Assembly (NCBI GenBank): GCA_038883655.1
Contig: JAVZLQ010000004.1
Span: 64,001 to 128,000, forward strand
Origin: Candidatus Bathyarchaeia archaeon
GTDB lineage: Archaea > Thermoproteota > Bathyarchaeia > Bathyarchaeales > Bathycorpusculaceae
Reading direction: 5' to 3'
Length of the DNA: 64,000 nucleotides
Shown: positions 30,029 through 39,089 of the stretch, piece by piece
How positions within the stretch are numbered: position 1 is the first letter of the stretch
How the letters are laid out: the number at the start of each line of letters is the position of its first letter
Program-made: the position numbers and the translations under genes
Notes under the pieces: generated by a model
What the model was told of the DNA's origin: nothing
What the model saw: only the letters and a program-made list of their open reading frames with translations
Database searches by the model: none

Positions 30029-31234
30029 TTGAAGGCTTTCAGTTTCATCCACGCCGCAGATTTGCACTTGGGCTACGCGCAGTACGGCTTAGAAGAGAGA
30101 CGCGAAGATTTTGACAGAGCTTTCAGCGAACTGGTGGATAAAACTATCAAGTTGAAACCGGACTTCATAATAATTGCTGGAGACCTTTTCCATCAAGCGC
30201 GCCCGTCAAACGCCACGCTGGAGGCAACCATAAAAAATTTCAGCCGCTTACGAGACGCTGGAATTCCAGTGTTAACGGTGGACGGTTCTCACGATTCAGC
30301 GCCAAACATCGTAACAGGAACAATTTTAAATCCTCTCGACAGCGCTGGACTTATTTATCACCTTCCAAAACATGAAGGCGCATGCTGGAAAAAATCAGAA
30401 TGCTGCTACGTTTACGGCGTACCAAACTTTAGGACGAGGCGCAAAACAGAAGAGCAACTTACAGCATTCATGGAGCAAAACAAGCCAAAACCAGATCCAT
30501 CCTTATTCAACATTTTCGTCTTCCATATGGCATTAGACATTCAAGGCGTTAAACCACCATATATGGAAGCTGAAGCACCACCAGAACTATTACCAGAAGG
30601 TTTCGACTATTATGCCGCGGGACATGTGCACTCGCCATATGAAGGAAAACTTAGGTCTGGAATGCTCGTTTACAGCGGATGCACAGAAACCGTAAACTAT
30701 GATGAAGCTGGAGTTAAGAAGGGCTTTTACCACGTTAGGGTTGACGAGGCGAAAAGGGTTTCACTTGAATTTGTTGAACTTGAGTCCACACGCAAATTTA
30801 TAGTTTTAGAGCATGACTTCAGCGGGCTTATCCCATCAAAAATAACCGACTTGGCAGTTCAGCTTGTGAAGGACGCAGATAAGGAAGGCGCAATCGTGAT
30901 ACCAATCTTGAAGGGGACCCTCCCAACAGAGGCAAGCCGCGCTGAAGTTGATATAACAAAGATTAGAAGCGCTGCAGAAAAGGCGTTACTTGTTCACCCG
31001 ATTGTTCTGCTGCGTGAAAGCGAAGTTTCGGAGGAAGTTCTCCGCTCAATATTTCAAGGCGAACTCAAAGATTTGAAAACCAAATCCTTCGAATACTTTA
31101 TACAAATTTTCTCAGAACGCTATAGCCGCGAGGAGGCTGAAAAGATAGCGCACATAGCCGTCAGCCTAATCGAACCCCTAACCAAGAGACAGGAGGAAAA
31201 GGTTAAACAAGCAATAGAGGCGCTTTTCCAATGA
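30029..31234 (+). CDS. mre11: DNA double-strand break repair nuclease Mre11
   Basis: ADLHLG, AGDLF, GSHD, AGHVH, YSGC; overlaps the rad50 start. Confidence 0.92.
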   Translation: MKAFSFIHAADLHLGYAQYGLEERREDFDRAFSELVDKTIKLKPDFIIIAGDLFHQARPSNATLEATIKNFSRLRDAGIPVLTVDGSHDSAPNIVTGTILNPLDSAGLIYHLPKHEGACWKKSECCYVYGVPNFRTRRKTEEQLTAFMEQNKPKPDPSLFNIFVFHMALDIQGVKPPYMEAEAPPELLPEGFDYYAAGHVHSPYEGKLRSGMLVYSGCTETVNYDEAGVKKGFYHVRVDEAKRVSLEFVELESTRKFIVLEHDFSGLIPSKITDLAVQLVKDADKEGAIVIPILKGTLPTEASRAEVDITKIRSAAEKALLVHPIVLLRESEVSEEVLRSIFQGELKDLKTKSFEYFIQIFSERYSREEAEKIAHIAVSLIEPLTKRQEEKVKQAIEALFQ

Positions 31235-33318
31235 AAATCGAGATTGTGCAATTGGAAAATATACGCTCTCACGTAAAGTCGACAGTGCCGTTCACAAGAG
31301 GCTTCAACTGTCTGGTTGGCGGTCTAGGCTGTGGAAAATCAAGCATCTTATACGCAATAGACTTCGCCTTTTTCGGCGAACCGTTGGGGAAGGGATACGA
31401 TTACCTTTTAAGAGAGGGCGCCGGAAGCGGCAAAGTTGAAGTCCAGTTTTCTCAAAATGGCAGAAGCTACAAAATAATTCGTGGTTTAAAAAGGCGTGGG
31501 AAAGGCATAAGCCAAGACTTTGACGAGCTTAAACTCTTCGAGGATGAAACCCTAATAGCAAGCGTAAAAAGTGACGCTGTCACCGAACAGCTTAAGGCGA
31601 TAACAGGCTTTGATAGGGAGCTTTTCCACGAAATAGTCTGGGTTAGACAAGAACACCTAAAAGAGCTTTTAGACATCACTCCGCGAGAAAGACAAAAACG
31701 CCTAGATGAGCTTTTTGGGTTATCCGACTACGAAACTGCATGGAGCAACCTCGCTGGATACGTGAAAGAGTATGAAGTTAAACGTAAAACATACGCTGAA
31801 GACCCAGACGTCATCGGACTTGAAAGGCTGAACAAGGAATATAACTACATGGTTGAAGAGCTGTCCGCCATAGAAATTGAACTCCAAGAAAAGAGCAAGG
31901 AGCTGGAAAAGGCAAGAAAAGCACTGGAGGATGCTAATTTAAGGCTTAAGAGGCTTGAGGAATTGAAAGCTCAAGTTGAAGAGCATCGGAGAAAGGAAGC
32001 ACAAATACAGGCAAGCCTAGCAAACGTAGAAGATGCGTCAGCCAATCTGGCAGAGAAAATTGAACAGCGAAAAACTACGGTTGAAGAGCTTAAAAAGCGT
32101 CTAACATCTTTAGAAGCGCAAATTGAATCGCACAAGGCTAAACTTAAAGAGATTGGGATTTCTCCAAACCAGTCCACAGAAGAACTGCGACAATACCTAA
32201 CCTATTTTGACGACCAAATTTCAAGTCTAAAAGCCGAGCAGGAATCCGCCCTAAAGGGCATTAAGGAAGACCAGAAGAGAGTTACGGAACTTTCAGCTGA
32301 AAGCCGTTGCCCACTTTGCCTTCAACCTTTAAATGACGAATACAAGAGCGGCTTACTTCAGAGAATCCAAAACGCGAATGTTGAAAGGCAAAAAACCATA
32401 AACACACTGCAAAACGAAATCGAAGAACTCCAACGCATAAAAATAATAGCAAGCAACGCCTTATCCAATCTGCAAACGCTTAACTTACAGTTAGAAAACT
32501 TGAAGGCAAACATCAGTAGGGAAGAAGCATCTCTAGATGAGTTTACACGCGAATTCGAGGAAAAACAAAAGCTGGAAAAAGAACTCCGCCTTCAATTGGA
32601 AGACATCCGAGCTGAAATTGGCAAATTTGACCTGTCACAACTGGAAAGCGCAAAAAGCCAAAGAGACGAAGCCTATAAGAGATTTGTCAGACTTGAATCT
32701 GAACTCAAAACGAAGGAAAGCAGCAAAAGAGATTTGATGAAGCGCCTAGATGAGGCTAAAGAGCGAATAGACAACGCCCAGAAAAAGGTTGAACAAATAG
32801 AGAAAATCGGGAAAATAATAGAAGTTATTGGCAACATACGCGATGCCTACCGCAGCATCCAACCAAAACTGAGAAGCGAATTCATAAGCATCCTAAGAAA
32901 CTTCGTGCAGCAAATCCTAGACAACCTTGTCGGCGGGGAAGCACCGCTCCTAAACGTGATTATAGACGAAACATACACGCCATACGTCAAAAGCGAGAGC
33001 GGCGCTGAACGGGAAGTTTCAAACCTTTCTGGTGGAGAAAGAACGCTTATCGCCTTTGCTTATCGCTTAGGACTTGGACAGCTTATAATGCAGTCTAGGA
33101 CTGGTCATGGTTTGAGCATGCTACTACTTGACGAGCCAACCGAAAGCCTTGGAAGAGAAGATGGTTCTATAGACCGTTTGGCGGAGGCAATATCACGTTT
33201 AAAGGCTATAGAACAAATAATTGCCGTCACGCATAGCGAAGCCTTCGCAGAGAAAGCGGAACACGTGATAAGGCTTGAGAAGGAGGCTGGCGAAAGTAGG
33301 GTTTCTGTTGAAAAGTAG
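31231..33318 (+). CDS. rad50: DNA double-strand break repair ATPase Rad50
   Basis: Walker A GGLGCGKS, coiled coil, CPLC zinc hook, LSGGE, LLDEPT, VTH. Confidence 0.92.
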   Translation: MKIEIVQLENIRSHVKSTVPFTRGFNCLVGGLGCGKSSILYAIDFAFFGEPLGKGYDYLLREGAGSGKVEVQFSQNGRSYKIIRGLKRRGKGISQDFDELKLFEDETLIASVKSDAVTEQLKAITGFDRELFHEIVWVRQEHLKELLDITPRERQKRLDELFGLSDYETAWSNLAGYVKEYEVKRKTYAEDPDVIGLERLNKEYNYMVEELSAIEIELQEKSKELEKARKALEDANLRLKRLEELKAQVEEHRRKEAQIQASLANVEDASANLAEKIEQRKTTVEELKKRLTSLEAQIESHKAKLKEIGISPNQSTEELRQYLTYFDDQISSLKAEQESALKGIKEDQKRVTELSAESRCPLCLQPLNDEYKSGLLQRIQNANVERQKTINTLQNEIEELQRIKIIASNALSNLQTLNLQLENLKANISREEASLDEFTREFEEKQKLEKELRLQLEDIRAEIGKFDLSQLESAKSQRDEAYKRFVRLESELKTKESSKRDLMKRLDEAKERIDNAQKKVEQIEKIGKIIEVIGNIRDAYRSIQPKLRSEFISILRNFVQQILDNLVGGEAPLLNVIIDETYTPYVKSESGAEREVSNLSGGERTLIAFAYRLGLGQLIMQSRTGHGLSMLLLDEPTESLGREDGSIDRLAEAISRLKAIEQIIAVTHSEAFAEKAEHVIRLEKEAGESRVSVEK

Positions 33319-33323
33319 CACGG

Positions 33324-33530
33324 TTGTATGACGGTGAGACAATGCTGCCGCCGAAAACAAGACTTTTCCTGCTAGCAATTGCTTTGGTAATTGTATTTGC
33401 TGTTTTGCTCTATTTGCTTGATGTGCACATTAAATTTGGATACTACACCTTCGCATTATTCGTGTCTATGATCACCATTTTTATCTGCGCTTTGTTTGCA
33501 AAAATAAAAGGTGGAGCACATTTTTATTAG
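33324..33530 (+). CDS. Small two-TM hypothetical protein
   Basis: 68-aa hydrophobic ORF directly after rad50. Confidence 0.5.
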   Translation: MYDGETMLPPKTRLFLLAIALVIVFAVLLYLLDVHIKFGYYTFALFVSMITIFICALFAKIKGGAHFY

Positions 33531-33709
33531 CTAATAAAAAATCTGTTAGTTTCAGCTCAATATGCGCCGCTCCCTTCTACAACGCTGTTCCAATGTCGAC
33601 CCCCTATAATTTCCTCTGTTCACGGTTTCCACTTTTCAGCTCTTTTCCTTTTTAGAAGTAAACGTATAAATGTGATTTACACAAAAGCAAAGCGAAAAAG
33701 GGCGCGAGC

Positions 33710-34603
33710 ATGTGCACTAAGACAAGGAACAAGGCTGTAGCTGAAGGCATAGCTGCCGGAATCCTCTTTGGGACATCAGCCATCTTTACACGTTTTCTTG
33801 AAGGATTAGACGCATTTTCCATAACTTTCTGGCGTTTACTCATCGCAAGCCTAGCGCTGCTGGTAATAACCTTCATTTTCCATGCACCATTCGCTTTTAA
33901 CCTTATAATGAAAAACCTACGAGAGATTTTAGCGCTCAGCTTTTTCCTTAGTTTACACTTTATATTTTTCACGTCCGCAGTGAAAGACACAACCATACTG
34001 AACGCCACAGTTCTTGTTAACACAACGCCAATATTTTCCGCGGTTATCTCAATGTTAGTTTTCAGGCTTAAACCATCACGCCTCACAGTTTTAAGCTTAA
34101 CAGTCTCATTTATAGGAGTTTGTTTAATTGCTTATGCTGAAACGTCAAGTTTTCAGTCGGCAAGTTTTTCGCCAAATCTGAAAGGCGATTTGGAAGCAGC
34201 TTTTGCTGCCCTGCTCATAGCATTCTACCTAAATTATGGTAAGGCTCTACGCGGTAAAACTGACTTATCCACGTCTATTACTCCAATATACTTGTTTGCG
34301 GCGGTTTTGGCGCTTTTTCTCTGCTTAGCGATTATGGGCGCAGCACCTACACCTAAAAGTGTCGATGTAATGTTTTCTCTGCTCGGTTTGGGTTTAATTC
34401 CAACAGCGGCAGCCCATACGCTGTACTTTTCCTCACTTTCGAACTTAAAATCCTTTGAAGCTGCAACAATCGCGCTGCTTGAACCTATAGGTGCAACGTT
34501 GCTTGGCATAGCCCTATTTCAAGAAGTCCCCACGCACCTAACAGTTTTTGGGGCATTCTTAGTTTTAATCGGCGTGGCTTTTATTGCTAGACAAAAGGAA
34601 TAA
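33710..34603 (+). CDS. EamA/DMT family transporter
   Basis: About 10 TM, NATVLVNTTPIF, LLEPIGATLLG...E. Confidence 0.9.
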   Translation: MCTKTRNKAVAEGIAAGILFGTSAIFTRFLEGLDAFSITFWRLLIASLALLVITFIFHAPFAFNLIMKNLREILALSFFLSLHFIFFTSAVKDTTILNATVLVNTTPIFSAVISMLVFRLKPSRLTVLSLTVSFIGVCLIAYAETSSFQSASFSPNLKGDLEAAFAALLIAFYLNYGKALRGKTDLSTSITPIYLFAAVLALFLCLAIMGAAPTPKSVDVMFSLLGLGLIPTAAAHTLYFSSLSNLKSFEAATIALLEPIGATLLGIALFQEVPTHLTVFGAFLVLIGVAFIARQKE

Positions 34604-34638
34604 AAATATAAATTGTGTATGTGTGCAAAAGCGAGTCG

Positions 34639-35034
34639 ATGGCGATGGACGTTAGCGACAAAGTGGCAACAGCAATAGCATCAGCCTTAAGCTACCTAGA
34701 AAACTCGATCGACGCATTAAATAAGAAGGATTATGATGTGTTCGCCAAAAAAGTTTGGCATGTTGTGGCTGAACTTGAATACGCGCTTTTCTTGTTCTCC
34801 ATAATAATCCAAGATGATTTAGCTTCTAAGCTGAAGGCAGACCCGGATCCCAAAAAAGTTGAGCTTAATCAGATACTTATCGATGCAACCCATTTCTTAA
34901 AAAGCGCAGAAACACTTGTCAAGGCTGGAAACTTTTCGGATGCCTATGGAAATGTTCGCAATGCAAGAAATTACGTGCTAAAGGTTCAAGAGGAACTTTT
35001 AAAGAAAAGCCGTGAAGAATCCAAAAAGCAATAA
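34639..35034 (+). CDS. Hypothetical helical-bundle protein
   Basis: Amphipathic helical ORF; start uncertain (34615-34645). Confidence 0.65.
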   Translation: MAMDVSDKVATAIASALSYLENSIDALNKKDYDVFAKKVWHVVAELEYALFLFSIIIQDDLASKLKADPDPKKVELNQILIDATHFLKSAETLVKAGNFSDAYGNVRNARNYVLKVQEELLKKSREESKKQ

Positions 35035-35039
35035 CTTGC

Positions 35040-35327
35040 TTATTCTTCCTCTTCGGGGATTTTCCTTCCTTTGACAATTAGGGAGTTTTCCGCACCGCCT
35101 ATAACTCTGTAATAGTCTTTAAGCTCTTTTTGGTGTAGGAACTTTTTAAGGAGCACTCGAAGGTATTTTCTGGAGATGTCGTCTCCTTCAATGCTTATGG
35201 CGTCTGCTAGCGTTTCAACACTCGCCTTCGTTTTCTCTCTCAGAAAATCTGCAAGTTCTTTAATCACGTCGCCGCCCTCAACCTTTAATTCCGAAACATC
35301 CACTTTCACTTCAACCATAGTTTTCAC
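35040..35327 (-). CDS. rpl22e: Ribosomal protein eL22 (L22e) homolog
   Basis: ISRKYLRVLLKKFLHQKELKDYYRVIG aligns by eye with eukaryotic eL22 [27 protein letters not shown]; acidic tail; about 95 aa. Confidence 0.75.
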   Translation of the reverse strand: MKTMVEVKVDVSELKVEGGDVIKELADFLREKTKASVETLADAISIEGDDISRKYLRVLLKKFLHQKELKDYYRVIGGAENSLIVKGRKIPEEEE

Positions 35328-35328
35328 C

Positions 35329-35988
35329 TCACTTCCTAACCATTATAACCCTAACTTGGTCACATGCATCTTCACACGCGTCTGCAATCATCTCTATGGC
35401 CTCGAAAAGCTGACTTGCTAAAATAGCTATCCCAGCCTTTGGAAATTCTTCCTTGCCGAGAAGTTTTCTAGCCTTTTCATGTAAATCATCAACTTTTTCC
35501 TCTTCCCGTTCCACCTCGTCTGCTGCTTGGAGCGCTTCTTCTGGCTTAACCATAATTTTGTTTACGCATTTCTGAAGTGAAATTGCGCAGCCCTTGACGC
35601 TTTTAACCATTTCAATAAACTCCTCCTTAATGGAAGTTGGCAGTTGCTCCATTGGTATCGCGCCAAGAACTCTTGTTGATTCGCGACTCCAGTCTGCAAC
35701 CATGTCGACTCTCTTGACCAAATCCATTAGGTCAGCTCTATCTACTGGCGAAAGTTCTCCCTTTGAAATTTCATCCATAACTTTCCTCCGAAGCGTGTCT
35801 GCTTCTCTCTCGCTACTTGTCACCCTGTCAATGCAAACTTGCGTCTCTTTGGCGTCTCCTTTTATCGCAGCCATTATTGCCTTCTCTAAATCCTCAACTA
35901 TGCCCGTTGTTAGGGCTAAGTGCCGCTGTATAGTTGCCAAAGCTTTCGATTCTCTTCTTTTCTCAAACCATTTTATTAGTTCACTCAA
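35329..35988 (-). CDS. DUF47 / PhoU-like phosphate-transport regulator family
   Basis: EREADTLRR...VDMVAD; EEEKVDDL...EMIADACEDACD. Confidence 0.88.
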   Translation of the reverse strand: MSELIKWFEKRRESKALATIQRHLALTTGIVEDLEKAIMAAIKGDAKETQVCIDRVTSSEREADTLRRKVMDEISKGELSPVDRADLMDLVKRVDMVADWSRESTRVLGAIPMEQLPTSIKEEFIEMVKSVKGCAISLQKCVNKIMVKPEEALQAADEVEREEEKVDDLHEKARKLLGKEEFPKAGIAILASQLFEAIEMIADACEDACDQVRVIMVRK

Positions 35989-37084
35989 CGGATATCTCCT
36001 CCTTCAAACCAGCCTCTGGATACATGAACGCAAATGCCTTTTCTGATGGGACGGTTACGGTTACTTTTTCTCCCATGTTAAACCACTCCTCAGTCATTGA
36101 TGGCTTGATTATAACGATAGAGTCTTGATTTTCAAGTCTGACGTCATACCTTATATTTGTTCCTTCAAACGTGATTCTCTCAATCACGCCCAAAACGGTG
36201 TTTTTCCCCTTGCTCTCTCCCTTCTTAACAATGAATACTTCTGGTCTTACTGCTAAGAGCGCTCTCTCCCCCTTCCTTACCCCCTTGTTGAGCGCTTGCA
36301 CCCTTATTCCACCTCGTAGCTCTATGGAGGCTGTTTTTTCATTCACACCCAAAGCATACCCTTCAAGAAAGTTTGATTCTCCAATAAAATGAGCCACAAA
36401 TATGCTCTGTGGGTTTAGGTAAAGCTCAGAAGGAGTGCCAACTTGCAAAACCTTCCCCTTCTTCATAACAGCAATTCTATCCGAAATCGCCATAGCTTCT
36501 GCTTGGTCATGAGTCACGTGTATAGCCGTTAACTCCAAATCTTTCGCCATCCTCCTAATCTCATAACGTAACTCGTTCCTAACTTTGGCATCCAACTGCC
36601 CTAAAGGCTCGTCTAAAAGCAGCAGTTTGGCTCCAGCGGCCAACGCTCTTGCAACGGCTATTCGCTGCATCATCCCACCACTTAACTCGTGTGGAAAAGC
36701 GTCTAAACGCTCATGAAGCCTAACCATTTCAAGAACCTCATGTCCAATAGTTTCAGCCTTCTTCATGTCAAAACCCTTCACTCGCGGACCATAAGTCACG
36801 TTATCCCAAGCAGTCATATGCGGAAAAAGGGCAAACGTCTGAAAAACAAAACCTATATCTCTATCCTCAGGCGGCACATCGTTGACTAGCCTGTCTCCAA
36901 TGTAAATTTCGCCTTCATCCGGTTGGATCAACCCAGCAATAAGCCGCAGAAGCGTAGTTTTCCCACAGCCACTTGGACCCAAAAGCGAAAAATACTCCCT
37001 ATCGCGGATGTGGAGGCTGACATTGTCAACGGCAACTATTTTTCCAAACCTTTTTGTAACGTTGACGAGACGGACGTCAGGCAT
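35981..37084 (-). CDS. ABC transporter ATP-binding protein (PotA/WtpC-like with TOBE domain)
   Basis: GPSGCGKT, LSGGMMQR, LLLDEP, HVTHDQ. Confidence 0.93.
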   Translation of the reverse strand: MPDVRLVNVTKRFGKIVAVDNVSLHIRDREYFSLLGPSGCGKTTLLRLIAGLIQPDEGEIYIGDRLVNDVPPEDRDIGFVFQTFALFPHMTAWDNVTYGPRVKGFDMKKAETIGHEVLEMVRLHERLDAFPHELSGGMMQRIAVARALAAGAKLLLLDEPLGQLDAKVRNELRYEIRRMAKDLELTAIHVTHDQAEAMAISDRIAVMKKGKVLQVGTPSELYLNPQSIFVAHFIGESNFLEGYALGVNEKTASIELRGGIRVQALNKGVRKGERALLAVRPEVFIVKKGESKGKNTVLGVIERITFEGTNIRYDVRLENQDSIVIIKPSMTEEWFNMGEKVTVTVPSEKAFAFMYPEAGLKEEISVE

Positions 37085-37149
37085 GCTCCTTCACTTCGCC
37101 TAAACCAGCGTAAGAGAGAATGTATAATTTAAGCGCTATATTAGGCATA

Positions 37150-38820
37150 CTAGTATCTCCCTTCCCCCTTAACGGAAAGTCTCAAAGTTAGAAGAATTAT
37201 GAAAGAGAACAATACCAAAAAGCCGCATCCCAAACCTATTTCTAATGGCGTAACAGAAACCACGCCCTTAACCCACTCAACAAGCACAACTGGTGCTGTC
37301 TTCAGCGAAGTAACAGCCAATGTTGCACCAGTTTCGCTAACACTTCTTGTGAAAACCATTATGGCTCCAGAAAACATGGAGTACTTAGTTAATGGAAATA
37401 TAATCGTTCTAAAAACGCATAATGGCTTGGCTCCCAAGGTTCTTGAGGCGTCCTCCAACTCTATGCTTATCCTTTCAACAGCCGCCGCCATTGCCCTCAC
37501 AAAATATGGGTAAGTGATCGCTAAGTGCGCAAAAATCAGCAACCATAAATCTGGAATGAACTGCATAGCTTCTTTCCAAAAGAACTTTAAAGAAACGCCC
37601 AAAGCTATTGATGGCACAACAATCGGAACATTCACAAGCACGTCCAGCAACGTTGAAACTAACATTCCAAATTTTTTCCTTGCAATCATTATAGCCACCG
37701 GCAATCCCATAATAATATTCAGAAGCGTAGCCACAGCTCCGACAGAATATGAAAGAACTATGCTCTGCCAATAAACACCCCAGTGTTCGCTTGCTCCAGA
37801 AAGCGCATCCCACAAGGTTGGAGTGAAAACCGCTTGAAAGGCCGGAAACGCAACGAAAAGTGATGGAATAAGAACTATGCCCAGAAAAACCGTTAATGTC
37901 ACAGCGTTTCTTGTGGACGCGGCAGATGAGTAACTCAACTTTCTTTCGACAGACGGCCAAACCCTTTTTACAGGCATCTTTAGCTTAGGCCCTAAAGCGC
38001 GGATTATGGCGAAAATGATGCATGATACCACTATAAGTATGAAGCTTGCTAGAACGGTTGCTCCTTCATAAAGTGGCGGGTTGGTTGTTGAAAAGTCGTT
38101 TTTCATGTTCTGGATAAATACGGGGCCATTTTCGAAAGCTCCAGCGACCATCATCGTCGCACCAGTTTCCGAAATTGACCTTGAAAAAGCAAGTATAAAA
38201 GCCGCTATCAACGAGGGTTTAATTATCGAAAGCGTAACCGTCCTAGCAGCTATGAACGGTGGTGCTCCAAGAGTCCTTGAAGCCTGCTCGTACTCCATCT
38301 TATAGTCAAGCAGTGCTCCAACGATTACCCTAACGACAACCGGATAAGAGAATGTGAAGTGAAGCAGTACAACGAGAAGCCAACCTTTCGATATTAGGGA
38401 ACCTCCAAAAATGGTTGAATCACTCCAAAAGAGCAGAAGCGAATATCCAAGTGCTGCTGTTGGCACAATGAATGGTATGTCACATAAAGTGTCAAGCACG
38501 TTAAGCCACTTTGATTTTCCGCGGGCTACAAGCCACGCCATGGGAAGCCCAGCAACAACATCAACAACCGAAACAAGTACGGCAATTATGAAGGAATTTT
38601 GAATCGCATTAAGCGCTCTCGCAACAATTTCTGGCTGCTCCAAGACACGTTGAATCGAGTTCCACTTAATTATTATTCCAAGCATTGGCGGCAACAAAAT
38701 CAACGCAAAAAACAAAGCGACAGCAATCGAGTAAACCACATACCTAACAGCCCTTCGCGCCGAAAGCCCTTCCAAAGTTTCCACAAGCTTCTTAGGCAAA
38801 CTTTCCCCGCCCAACTTCAC
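37150..38820 (-). CDS. ABC transporter permease, two fused TM domains (ModB/WtpB/FbpB-like)
   Basis: Two EAA loops (EQASRTLGA, EDASRTLGA), two RSxSETGAT motifs. Confidence 0.9.
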   Translation of the reverse strand: MKLGGESLPKKLVETLEGLSARRAVRYVVYSIAVALFFALILLPPMLGIIIKWNSIQRVLEQPEIVARALNAIQNSFIIAVLVSVVDVVAGLPMAWLVARGKSKWLNVLDTLCDIPFIVPTAALGYSLLLFWSDSTIFGGSLISKGWLLVVLLHFTFSYPVVVRVIVGALLDYKMEYEQASRTLGAPPFIAARTVTLSIIKPSLIAAFILAFSRSISETGATMMVAGAFENGPVFIQNMKNDFSTTNPPLYEGATVLASFILIVVSCIIFAIIRALGPKLKMPVKRVWPSVERKLSYSSAASTRNAVTLTVFLGIVLIPSLFVAFPAFQAVFTPTLWDALSGASEHWGVYWQSIVLSYSVGAVATLLNIIMGLPVAIMIARKKFGMLVSTLLDVLVNVPIVVPSIALGVSLKFFWKEAMQFIPDLWLLIFAHLAITYPYFVRAMAAAVERISIELEDASRTLGAKPLCVFRTIIFPLTKYSMFSGAIMVFTRSVSETGATLAVTSLKTAPVVLVEWVKGVVSVTPLEIGLGCGFLVLFSFIILLTLRLSVKGEGRY

Positions 38821-39089
38821 CCGCTAAATTTCTAAATGTTGATTCCTTTCTCATTCGCCTTCTGCACTGATAAATTTTCCTTAGAAAAGGTGCTGGTTCG
38901 CCCATATTATGTTTTATTTAGCAACCTTGTTGTGCTATTTTTTATCATATCATATGATAAGGATGATCTTTCCAATATCAAAGGCTTACTCAAGATTTAG
39001 GTATTATAATAATATAGCTAATGAATACCAAGACAAAATTAGGTAACTATAAACCGTATAAAATGTCAAAAGAGGAGTATTAAAGGACT

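Noticed and set aside
33552-33632. 26-aa minus-strand GTG ORF (VETVNRGNYRGSTLEQRCRRERRILS) in an intergenic gap
   Set aside because: Too short and without motif support; cannot be distinguished from chance
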